The notes below the pieces were generated by a model, which was not told the origin of the DNA, ran no database searches, and worked only from the letters and a program-made list of their open reading frames with translations. Position numbers and translations under genes: made by a program. Of a stretch of 43,999 bases of DNA, positions 9,120-18,225 are shown one piece after another; within the stretch, counting starts at the first letter, position 1, and each line of letters opens with the position of its first letter. The stretch is from Candidatus Iainarchaeum sp. (GTDB lineage: Archaea > Iainarchaeota > Iainarchaeia > Iainarchaeales > DTGL01), in contig JAWANJ010000003.1 of the NCBI GenBank assembly GCA_038895395.1, positions 1 through 43,999 on the forward strand, in the 5' to 3' direction.

Positions 9120-11021
9120 TTAATCACCTTGAATTATGTAACCACAGCTATAGCAGTATTTTGGTTCATTAGTACTTGTGTAACTGCAAGGAACTTCTCC
9201 CTTTAGTACACAATTATTTTTTTCAGCAGTACTTTTCGAAACACACTGGTATGGTGAGCAAAGTGCTTTTTCGCATTCTTTGAGTGTTGCAAAGGTTTTA
9301 AGTCCTTCATACATATAGAGTCCACAGAACTGCTTGTATCCGCATGTGCGAGTTTGATTGTCAAACCAATAGAGATACTTACACTCCGGAGCTGCAGTTG
9401 CAGTTACTGTTGGAATGGGGTATCCTGGCGATGTTGGCTTTGGGGTTATGATTTGTGTAGGGCTAGGCAAAGGGGTTTGTACTGGTGTTTCAGGGCATTT
9501 CGCACAGTAGTAGTATATATCATAACATCTGCCGCCATATGGCGAATCTTCGCATATGCTTTTTGCTATCGGGCAGTCATAACCTTCAACTATCGTGCAA
9601 CCATTTTTGTAAATCTCCTCTTTTGTCATACACTTGTATGGATAAGAACACTTCGTGCTTGGTTCTCCACACTTTCCTTTGTAATCAACTTCCACGCCAG
9701 CGCATTTCGCTTCACACGAGTTACCATAAGTTTTGCCATCTTTTCCGCACACTGGGTCATACAATGCTGGGCAAGTGCATTGCTGAGATGGTGTCGTTAA
9801 GCACTCATAACCTATCACACAGCCTTTTTCATCATATTTTGGAACTATCTTACCATTTGGACAAAAGTTTGGATCTAACGGTGGCTGTTGGTTCTGACAT
9901 ACTTGAATTATGGTTCCAGGACATTTTGCACACACAAAGCCAGCAGAACAATTATAGGTATCTGAAGAACCAATTATAGCGCAATTGTTTTTCTTTGCAT
10001 CCTCTACAGGCATGCAACCATATGGCTCGTAGCAAATTTTTTTGTTATTGGTGCAAATAGCATGACATTTTCCACAAAAGTCTTCAGTTATAATTCTTCC
10101 TGCTGTTTCTTCACTACCACCACTTACAGTGTAACAAGGTACGCAAGTTTTTATGCATTCTTCCATGCATAGACCAGTTTCACCTGATGGTGCTGTTGTT
10201 TTTGTAGCTCCTACTGACAAGTTTGTCTGTGGTGCACACTTCTGTACACATTGGTCTTTACACTTAAGGCATTCTTGAACACGTTCTGGCATGCCTTCTC
10301 TTTCATGGATTCTTGTAGTAACATAAGGACCAACGTTTGTACTAACCTGCACTACACAGAAATCAAGAGCTGGGTTCTCTTCGCAAAGTTTCTTCAAATA
10401 TTGTTTACATCTTACGTCACTTACATTGTTCAAACAGTAACCCTTCCAAAGCTCATTGCAATCCTCACTGTTTGGATTTTGCTCGCAATAGTTGACCTTT
10501 TTGCATTCTTCTGCATTTGTTTTATTGCTACAATATTCTTTAACATTCTTTACCTGTTCAACAGGCCTGAATACAGTGCTGTACTGAAGATAATAAGCGT
10601 AGTAGGTTTTGTCTTTAATGGAAGCTTTTCCAGCCCACACAATGGCTTCCGGTGTATCAACGTAAATCAAAGAGATGCTGCCTACAAGTAAGTTTTTATC
10701 ATATATATTTGCTGAAAAAGCACTATTTGTTGCTTCAATGTCTTTTAAAATATACTTTAACTTATCAAAGACAAGTATTCCTGTCTTAAGCTTTTCTTGT
10801 GATTCGTTGTAAGGAATTACTGCCCTAAATGATGCAGATATTATTCTGCTTGAGTGTATGTCTAAAGTATCATCTGCATTAACTAATATTCCTTTAGCGC
10901 TTATGTGGATATTTTTTATTTCAAAAGATCCACCGCCCTGGGCAACAGAAAATGGAATTAAAATACCAAGCAAAATAAAAACAAAAACCAAATTATATGA
11001 AATTCTTTTAAGTTTTGACAT
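9120..11021 (-). CDS. Secreted Cys-rich multidomain protein containing a Kazal domain
   Basis: Signal peptide, many Cys-rich modules, Kazal motif CTCPALYDPVCGKDGKTYGNSCEAKCAGVEVDYKGKC and Pro/Thr linkers. Confidence 0.85.
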   Translation of the reverse strand: MSKLKRISYNLVFVFILLGILIPFSVAQGGGSFEIKNIHISAKGILVNADDTLDIHSSRIISASFRAVIPYNESQEKLKTGILVFDKLKYILKDIEATNSAFSANIYDKNLLVGSISLIYVDTPEAIVWAGKASIKDKTYYAYYLQYSTVFRPVEQVKNVKEYCSNKTNAEECKKVNYCEQNPNSEDCNELWKGYCLNNVSDVRCKQYLKKLCEENPALDFCVVQVSTNVGPYVTTRIHEREGMPERVQECLKCKDQCVQKCAPQTNLSVGATKTTAPSGETGLCMEECIKTCVPCYTVSGGSEETAGRIITEDFCGKCHAICTNNKKICYEPYGCMPVEDAKKNNCAIIGSSDTYNCSAGFVCAKCPGTIIQVCQNQQPPLDPNFCPNGKIVPKYDEKGCVIGYECLTTPSQQCTCPALYDPVCGKDGKTYGNSCEAKCAGVEVDYKGKCGEPSTKCSYPYKCMTKEEIYKNGCTIVEGYDCPIAKSICEDSPYGGRCYDIYYYCAKCPETPVQTPLPSPTQIITPKPTSPGYPIPTVTATAAPECKYLYWFDNQTRTCGYKQFCGLYMYEGLKTFATLKECEKALCSPYQCVSKSTAEKNNCVLKGEVPCSYTSTNEPKYCYSCGYIIQGD

Positions 11022-11112
11022 CCTTTGTCACCGCCTTATGGTTTGAAACAAATACAAATAAATACTAAGTACTTATATTTAAACCTTTTGTAATGGGGGG
11101 AATAGGGTGTAA

Positions 11113-11313
11113 TGGGGCTGCTGGGATTTGAACCCAGGTCGCCAGCTAATTCGAGAAGAAACCACCTTTTAACTATACACAGACTTTCCTTTTAAAGTTC
11201 TGTAGATCATAAGAACCTTTGCTAGGTTCTCACGGATGCTGGACTTCATAAGAACCCGCAGGAGGTTCTTATTCCCGAAGCTGGTATGCTGAGCCAAACT
11301 ACACCACAGCCCC
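11113..11313 (-). tRNA. tRNA-Pro(CGG) with a 126-nt intron at position 37/38 (intron 11148-11273)
   Basis: Acceptor stem GGGGCTG/CAGCCCC-A, anticodon stem CCAGC/GCTGG, loop TT-CGG-G^A and T-arm CTGGG-TTCAAAT-CCCAG. The BHB central helix TTCG/CGAA has 3-nt bulges. CCA is not encoded. Confidence 0.93.
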
Positions 11314-11403
11314 AACAATTTTTAATGCTTATTAAAAAAATACTCTCGAGAAACTATAAAAAAGCAATATGGGGCAAATTATTTCTTGTTTAACATTTCA
11401 TAT

Positions 11404-12150
11404 TTACTGTATCATCAAATTTTTCAAATTTCCAAAGTAGTATGGTTTGTCCTCAACAGCCCAACATTCAAAGCTGCTTAAATCTTGCTGTAAAAAAGGG
11501 CTCAATATTTTTTCTCTTAATATGTTGCTTCCTATAGCCACAGAGTTCATACTTGGCATCACAATGAGTGTTTTGTCATATAACTTTCCTTTTAGAAAAC
11601 ATTTGTAAAGCTCACTACGTCCAGCCTCTCTTATTGAAACTGCTGGATGTTCGTGTGCAATTATCATAGAAGAGGCCTCTTTAAATTTTTCACTTTCGCT
11701 TGGCTTATGGCCATGTAAAATAAGCAAGTTATGTCTTTTTATGTAAAATTCTTCCAATATATCCAAACCTTTTCTATTGGCCAAAGGCCCAAGTATTGTG
11801 TCATGATTTCCTTTTACAAGAATCACATCTTTTGTTTGTTCCGAAATGAAGTCAAGCATTGTGAGAACCTCTCGCCACTCTTGTTTACTTATCTCACCAA
11901 ATTCATGCTTAAGATCGCCATTAATTACCACCTGTTTTGGCTTAAGAATCTCAAAAATATGCTTCAAACGATGCTTTATATCTTCAAAGTTTGTTCTTGG
12001 TATCATAATGCCTTGTTTGTTGTACATCTCCTCAATTCCAAGGTGTAAGTCGGCAATTACCAATGTTTTTTCAGGTTTTATAAAGAGGCCCAAATCCGCA
12101 ATCTGAATGTTTACATCGATGGGTAAAAATTGTTCCGTTTTTATGTCCAT
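11404..12150 (-). CDS. Calcineurin-like metallophosphoesterase (Lhr-associated MPE type)
   Basis: IADLHLG, NGDLKH, KGNHD, LHGH and AHEHPA motifs. Confidence 0.92.
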   Translation of the reverse strand: MDIKTEQFLPIDVNIQIADLGLFIKPEKTLVIADLHLGIEEMYNKQGIMIPRTNFEDIKHRLKHIFEILKPKQVVINGDLKHEFGEISKQEWREVLTMLDFISEQTKDVILVKGNHDTILGPLANRKGLDILEEFYIKRHNLLILHGHKPSESEKFKEASSMIIAHEHPAVSIREAGRSELYKCFLKGKLYDKTLIVMPSMNSVAIGSNILREKILSPFLQQDLSSFECWAVEDKPYYFGNLKNLMIQ

Positions 12151-12201
12151 AAAATTCAGCCAAGTTTTTCAATTTTTTTACTAATTTTAAATTCAAAAAA
12201 A

Positions 12202-12573
12202 TTATGTGTTTATGGTTGTCTCGTGCTCGAGACCTCTAGAGAAGGTTTTCTCTAAAACCTTTTTTGGTCTAAAAAGCTTTTTTGCAATAACTGCTGCCGC
12301 TTCTGCTTTCGTGGTATTTCCACAAGTATAGATATCCATTGCAACATAGCCAAACTCAGGCCAAGTATGCACTGAAATATGTGACTCTTCAAGCAACACT
12401 ATTGCAGTAACACCTTCTGGTTTAAACTGATGATAAGCTTCGCTTATCCTGTTGAGCTGTCCTGCTCTTATGATTTCATCAAAAATTCTTTTTATTGTGG
12501 AAGTATGAGCAATGAGCTCTGAAGGGCAGCCATACATTTCCATTATGATGTGCATACCCATCGTCATTTTCAT
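12202..12573 (-). CDS. speD: S-adenosylmethionine decarboxylase proenzyme (class 1B)
   Basis: GVTAIVLLEE^SHISVHTWPE and DIYTCG. The likely start is ATG 12567 or 12573 near GGTGAT (ORF track gives 12630). Confidence 0.93.
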   Translation of the reverse strand: MKMTMGMHIIMEMYGCPSELIAHTSTIKRIFDEIIRAGQLNRISEAYHQFKPEGVTAIVLLEESHISVHTWPEFGYVAMDIYTCGNTTKAEAAAVIAKKLFRPKKVLEKTFSRGLEHETTINT

Positions 12574-12775
12574 CACCCATACCGACCACCTTAAAAATAA
12601 GAAAAAAACAATATATAAAAAAATAAACATAACTATTTTAAATGCTATCTAAAAAAATCTAAGACTAATACATCAAAATTTGTATATGTCAATAACACAA
12701 AATACAATTTAACCTTTAACCAAAAACGAAAATTTTATATATATGCTATCATGTAGTGTATGTGGTACTTATATT

Positions 12776-13567
12776 ATGTTTACGAGCAAAAATTTTGATT
12801 TCAAGAAGGCAATTTTTATTTTTGGACTTGTTTTGCTAATTTTGACAAGCGGGTGTGTCACCATAACAATAGATCACAAAATAATGAGTGATGGAAACTC
12901 GAAGATAACACTAACCTATGACTACTCCCAATTTGCTCAAATTGCTGCTTCATATGGTCAAAGCACTGCAGACCTTGACACTAACATTAGAACACAGTGC
13001 AACGAGTTTAATAAAAAGGTTTCTGAAGCTGGCTGGAAAAATGCAAAATGTGAAGTAAAAGATAAAAAGATGATCATAAGTGGGGAGTTCAACATTGAAG
13101 ATAATCCAACTTTCGCTCCTCACTTTGAAATAATCCAAGGAATTCCCTACACAACTTACAAATATAATGCAAAAGCGATCTTGGTATCTTTGAAGTCAAC
13201 AGACTCAAACTTTTCAGCTTCAAACTTAAAAATGATGAAAACACTCTATTCTTCAGCAGGCGTAAACCTAACATACAATGTTGAGATGCCAGGAAAAGTA
13301 ACCAAAGCTGAGGTTGGCAAGATCGAAGGAGAAAACAAAGTTATCATAGACCTCTTTGATCTAGCTGAAAAGCAAAGCGCATATATAGAGTCACAAGAAT
13401 TGAATATGTTTGCAGTTGGAGTTATTATAATAGTCATAGCACTTTTGCTTCTTGTGTTGTTTTTAGTTCTGAAGAAAAGCACAAAATCTGCAACCACAAC
13501 CCAACAACAAACTACGCAACAATATTCACAGCAATCTTACCAATATCCATACCAAAATAAGCCTTGA
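12776..13567 (+). CDS. Lipobox-containing membrane protein with C-terminal TM and Gln/Tyr-rich tail
   Basis: LILTSG-C lipobox-like motif, VEMPGKVT and a C-terminal hydrophobic helix. The start is placed at ATG 12776. Confidence 0.65.
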   Translation: MFTSKNFDFKKAIFIFGLVLLILTSGCVTITIDHKIMSDGNSKITLTYDYSQFAQIAASYGQSTADLDTNIRTQCNEFNKKVSEAGWKNAKCEVKDKKMIISGEFNIEDNPTFAPHFEIIQGIPYTTYKYNAKAILVSLKSTDSNFSASNLKMMKTLYSSAGVNLTYNVEMPGKVTKAEVGKIEGENKVIIDLFDLAEKQSAYIESQELNMFAVGVIIIVIALLLLVLFLVLKKSTKSATTTQQQTTQQYSQQSYQYPYQNKP

Positions 13568-13591
13568 CATATCTGAAATTTAAATAAAAAA

Positions 13592-16180
13592 CTAGCTAGA
13601 GATCTTTTGCATTACCTTTTCATGCATACGCCTTATAAAGTCGAGTCTGCTATCAATTTTTACAAGATCTGAACGACCCATGGCAAATATATTAAATGCA
13701 AATGGACTTGGATATGGCAAGTCAATCTTTTCAACCTTAATCGTGCCAGTTCTTATCCACTCAAGTACTTTTTTTGCACCTTCTATGTCCATGGCGTCTT
13801 GCATAACCTCACGTCTTGCTTCGCGCAATATGCAAAAATCAGGGTCAATCCTTTTTACAGCATTTAAAAGCATACTTGAACTTGACTGCTGTTTTGCAAC
13901 ACTTTTTTCATAGCCTTTATACTGCCTAAGTATCATGAGTGCTCTTGTAGCACAATGTCTAAATCTTCGCTTTAGAAGCTCCGAATCTTCAATTGCTTGT
14001 TTAAGTGTTATTTCAAGATCGCTTTTTACAAATACATTCCAACTATTTTCCAGAGGTAACTTTCCCTTTGAGCTAATTACAAAACCATTGTCATTTATGC
14101 TTAGCGTTATATCTGCGCTTGTTAGCTTGGACATGACCCAAGCCAGTGCCCTGCTGAGTGCATCGTTTACTCTTCTGCCAAAAAGCGTATGAAATACAAG
14201 ATGATTGCCCTCATCATCTTTTACCTGCTCTATGAGCAAAAGGTTTGTGTGAGGTATTTTTGCATATTTGTACTGTTGATAAAAATAGTTGTATATGGTC
14301 TCTGCAAGAAAGTTATCACATTTTACATAGTCTTTTATAAAATCTATTATTTCATCTTTATTTCTTTTAAAATCAAACTTCTCAGCTATCAATTTGCGAA
14401 ACCTTTGTATCTCAAGTGCAGAGTCAAAGCTCAATGGTAACATCTCTGAAATCCAACTTGGTATAGTTGGTGGTATCTTTTCAGCACTTTTGACTTGAAT
14501 TGTCATGCCCCTAGAATAAAGGAACATATATTTTTCCCCACCAAGTGTAAAAACATCGCCTTTATGCATCCTTTCTAGAAATGCTTCGTCTAGGTAACCA
14601 ATTGTTACATCACCAAGCTTTACCTTTACTTTAGCCTCATCAGGAATCGTACCTATGTTTGTCATGTAGATAACTCTTGCTGTTTTTCCCTTTCGTCCAA
14701 TGTAACCCGTTTCTTTATCATACCATATTTTGCCATACACATGTCTTGTTTCCAAGCTGCTGTACTCACCAGCTAGATAACTTATAACATCGTTAAAGTC
14801 CTTTCTATCCAAGTCCTTGTAGCAGTAACTGTTTCTAACAAGTTCAAAGAGTTCATTCACATGTATTCGGTCTTCAATGGCAATTCCAAAGATGTGCTGT
14901 GCGAGTACATCAAGACAGTTTTTTGGAATGCTTATTTTGTCAAGTTTTCTTTCCTTCGCACACTTTGCAAGAATGGTGCATTCTACTAAATCATCTCTAT
15001 CTAGTACAAGAATACGCCCTTTTATAACATCGTGCAATCTGTGGCCACTTCTGCCGATTCTTTGCAAAGTTCGAGATATGCTCTTAGGTGAACCAAGAAG
15101 AACAACAAGATCTATGTATCCAATGTCGATACCAAGCTCCAAAGAAGTACTACAAACAACAGCTTTTAATTTGCCTTGCTTAAGGCGTTCTTCTATTGAA
15201 AGTCGTTTTTCTTTGCTTACTGATGAGTGATGGGCTCCAATTAGACCCTCATATCTTCCAGGAAATTTTTCCTTGAGATGATTCACAACGCGCTCAGTTG
15301 CTGATCTCGTATTTGTAAAAACAAGGGTTGTTTTGTGCTGCTGTATTAACTCATCTAGTTTAGAATACAACTTTTCACTTATCTCTTCTTGGGTTACGTT
15401 GACAAGATCCTTAAGAGGGCTTATCACAGCAATGTCAAGCCCTTTGGGAAAGCTCACGTCCACTATTTTACAGCTTCTTAGTTCCTTGCCTTCATAGCCA
15501 ACTAGAAATTTTGCGATCTCTTCAATTGGTGCGATTGTTGCGCTTAGGCCTATTCTGCAAATCTTTGGATTCAGTCTTTGAATACGCTCCATCGTAAGTG
15601 AAAGATGAACACCACGCTTGTTTTCTGCAAGTGCGTGAATTTCGTCAACAATAAGCCACTTCGCTTCTCTTATGTATTCTCTGAATTTTGGTGCATTTAG
15701 TACTATTGCCAAACTTTCTGGTGTTGTTATAAGTATATGTGGTGGTTTTTTTAGCATTGAACTTCTTTCGCTTGCACTTGTATCACCAGTTCTGACAGCA
15801 ACCCTGATGTTTATGTTTTTTCCAAACTTTTTTGCGGCTTCTTTTATATCATGTAGTGGGCTATTTAAGTTTCTTTCTATGTCCCTGGAAAGTGCCTTTA
15901 GCGGAGAGCAATATATACAATAAACTTTATCTTCAAGCTCTTTTCTCTCGGATAAAGTTATAAGTTCGCTTAGCACTGCTGCAAAGGCAGAAAGAGTTTT
16001 TCCTGTGCCCGTTGGGGCGCTTATGAGGGTGTTTTGAAGATAACAAATGTTTTTTATTGCGTAGCGTTGTGGCTCAGTAAAAGACCCAAAGGTATTTTTA
16101 AACCAGTCCGCTAAAAGAGGATGAAGCATCTGTAAAAGCTGTTCATCAGTAAGTTTTTCATTCTCAAATTCAATTGCCAT
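13592..16180 (-). CDS. lhr: Lhr-family SF2 ATP-dependent helicase
   Basis: APTGTGKT, SPLKAL, TTPESL, DEIH, GLSAT, HHSSVS, STSLELGIDIG, QRIGRSGH and NIGTIPDE. Confidence 0.93.
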   Translation of the reverse strand: MAIEFENEKLTDEQLLQMLHPLLADWFKNTFGSFTEPQRYAIKNICYLQNTLISAPTGTGKTLSAFAAVLSELITLSERKELEDKVYCIYCSPLKALSRDIERNLNSPLHDIKEAAKKFGKNINIRVAVRTGDTSASERSSMLKKPPHILITTPESLAIVLNAPKFREYIREAKWLIVDEIHALAENKRGVHLSLTMERIQRLNPKICRIGLSATIAPIEEIAKFLVGYEGKELRSCKIVDVSFPKGLDIAVISPLKDLVNVTQEEISEKLYSKLDELIQQHKTTLVFTNTRSATERVVNHLKEKFPGRYEGLIGAHHSSVSKEKRLSIEERLKQGKLKAVVCSTSLELGIDIGYIDLVVLLGSPKSISRTLQRIGRSGHRLHDVIKGRILVLDRDDLVECTILAKCAKERKLDKISIPKNCLDVLAQHIFGIAIEDRIHVNELFELVRNSYCYKDLDRKDFNDVISYLAGEYSSLETRHVYGKIWYDKETGYIGRKGKTARVIYMTNIGTIPDEAKVKVKLGDVTIGYLDEAFLERMHKGDVFTLGGEKYMFLYSRGMTIQVKSAEKIPPTIPSWISEMLPLSFDSALEIQRFRKLIAEKFDFKRNKDEIIDFIKDYVKCDNFLAETIYNYFYQQYKYAKIPHTNLLLIEQVKDDEGNHLVFHTLFGRRVNDALSRALAWVMSKLTSADITLSINDNGFVISSKGKLPLENSWNVFVKSDLEITLKQAIEDSELLKRRFRHCATRALMILRQYKGYEKSVAKQQSSSSMLLNAVKRIDPDFCILREARREVMQDAMDIEGAKKVLEWIRTGTIKVEKIDLPYPSPFAFNIFAMGRSDLVKIDSRLDFIRRMHEKVMQKISS

Positions 16181-16312
16181 ATTATCCTCTCTTGCTTTTT
16201 AAGAAAAAGCCATGTGCTCTGATATTTGGGATCTCTGGTTCAATAAAAATAAAAAATATTATAAATAAAAATGGTGTTCTTTCACTTCGTTAATGTCGTT
16301 AATGTGTTTCTT

Positions 16313-17563
16313 CTATAAGTTATAGTAAATAGTGGGTTTTGTCATAAGACCGATTATAAAAACTATGATAAAAAGCAATACCAAAGAAAGCAAAAATGTT
16401 GCAATGCCTGCAATCAATGAGTACCTTTTGTAAACAAAGTAGGCTGGCAAAATAAACTCGGATATTACAGTCAACACAAGAAGCAGACAATATATTACTG
16501 CAAGCCACATGCTGTAATGATAATCTGCAGGTTCTATTCTTCTCAAAAAGTCTCCAAAAGCAATAAAAGCGTAAACTGTTATTATAACAAGCACGGCAAC
16601 AGCTAAGCTTGTTAAGACAATTGCAATAAAAGTGCTTTTATACGCTTCACCTATAACCTCTTTTATCGACTGTTGCTGCTCTTCCCCTTTGCTCCTTGCT
16701 TTTGACTGCAATGATCTTTTTGAAAATCTTTTTATAGCAAAGAAAGCCAAACCTAAAATAATGGCAAGAACCAAAATGCCAATCAATATTTCAGGGAGAT
16801 AAAGCACAATACCATTTTCTGAGTAAGAACCCCTTACACTGAATGATTCATATTGATCTAGTGAGTAAGCTTCTTTCACTAAGCCTTGAGTGTACTCAAT
16901 GTTGTAATAAGTGTCATAAGTGTCATAATAGCTTAAAGGTAATTCTTTAACCATCTGCAGCGCAATAGATTCTGAAAAAAAGTCTTGCTTGTAGTTAACC
17001 CCGCTTTTCACTCCCTTAAGCATAAAGCCGGGCTGTGTGTTAACTGCCACCCTAACCCTGTTTGTCAGTACAGCGTCAATGTCTATTGCAGTCTTAAATT
17101 CAAAATTAAAGTTTCCTAAAAGGTCCTTTTTTGCAAGCTCTGGGATCTTGTAGAGCACGAAGATGCTAATCGAAGATTGTGGCTTAAGTTCTTCAGGAAA
17201 GAAAATTCTAACATTAAGATAGTCAGCATAGCGCTCCATGTTAAAGTCAAGACGCTTGTAGGTTCTACTGTGATAATCACCGCTTTCATAGTAGTAATTT
17301 GCATAAGGTACCTGTGCAACGTAATATATAATGGCATTTTGTGGGAACTGGAATCGAAGCTCTTTTATTGGCTTCTTGCTGTAATTTTCTATTATAAACT
17401 TAGATCTTACAATTGCGTCTCCTTCACCATCAAATGAGACAGCATAAAAATCATTTTTGTGCATTGTACCTTCTAAACTATAGGAAAAAAGATTGGTACT
17501 CAAAAAAATGATGCTAATCATGATTAAAAAGAGCAAAAAATACTTTTTCATAAAAAACACCAC
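16313..17563 (-). CDS. Hypothetical membrane protein (signal peptide, extracellular domain, ~4 C-terminal TMs)
   Basis: 416-aa ORF with signal MKKYFLLFLIMISIIFLS and hydrophobic C-terminal segments. Confidence 0.7.
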   Translation of the reverse strand: MVFFMKKYFLLFLIMISIIFLSTNLFSYSLEGTMHKNDFYAVSFDGEGDAIVRSKFIIENYSKKPIKELRFQFPQNAIIYYVAQVPYANYYYESGDYHSRTYKRLDFNMERYADYLNVRIFFPEELKPQSSISIFVLYKIPELAKKDLLGNFNFEFKTAIDIDAVLTNRVRVAVNTQPGFMLKGVKSGVNYKQDFFSESIALQMVKELPLSYYDTYDTYYNIEYTQGLVKEAYSLDQYESFSVRGSYSENGIVLYLPEILIGILVLAIILGLAFFAIKRFSKRSLQSKARSKGEEQQQSIKEVIGEAYKSTFIAIVLTSLAVAVLVIITVYAFIAFGDFLRRIEPADYHYSMWLAVIYCLLLVLTVISEFILPAYFVYKRYSLIAGIATFLLSLVLLFIIVFIIGLMTKPTIYYNL

Positions 17564-17670
17564 GGGTTGTTAATTTTAATAAAATATGACTACTAATTTT
17601 TAAAATTACTTGTCAAACCGTAAGGAACAAACCGAACCTTCAAAAATTGGTAGAAGTGCTTTTGTATTTT

Positions 17671-18225
17671 TCACCCCCCTTTTTTGCGGTAATACCAAAA
17701 TAATAAAAAAATAGTTAAACAAACCACAACAATAGCCGCCAGAATATACACAAAATTGTCTTGGTCAGTAGTTTTAGGAGTTATTGTCAAAACGGGTGTT
17801 GCTTTTGTTAAGGCTATTGAAAGCATTAATATGTCTTTTGGGTTATATATGTCGATTCTGCTTGCATTTTCAAATCTGGGAAGCACTAATGAAAAATCAA
17901 ATTCCTCGAGTTTTACGTATCCAGGTGCAAAGTCTTCGGTGTCTCCAGGTGCTACGGGAGGTACCATAACTGAAGTGTGAATATAAAAATAGTGCGTATA
18001 CAATTGCTTACCTTGATTGTCCACAATAACTGCCTTATAAGATATATCACTTTTTTCTTCACTTTTTTGTGCGTATCCAAGATCTTCTGTTATGTTTTTT
18101 AGATATAAGCTCCCTTTTTTATAGTGTATCGTAATCAAGTACACCTTTTGTATTGCGAAAGCACTGACAAAAAGTGAAATCAAAAAAATTAAAACAATTT
18201 TATTTTTCACATCAACCACCAGCAA
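17671..18225 (-). CDS. Hypothetical membrane-anchored secreted protein
   Basis: Signal peptide and a C-terminal TM followed by RKKGG. It overlaps the stop of the upstream peptidase gene. Confidence 0.7.
   Translation of the reverse strand: MLVVDVKNKIVLIFLISLFVSAFAIQKVYLITIHYKKGSLYLKNITEDLGYAQKSEEKSDISYKAVIVDNQGKQLYTHYFYIHTSVMVPPVAPGDTEDFAPGYVKLEEFDFSLVLPRFENASRIDIYNPKDILMLSIALTKATPVLTITPKTTDQDNFVYILAAIVVVCLTIFLLFWYYRKKGG

Noticed and set aside
11148-11273. Box C/D guide RNA in the tRNA-Pro intron
   Set aside because: There is no CUGA D box and only poor C-box-like words (AUGAAGU, AUGAUCU). A non-canonical guide is not excluded.
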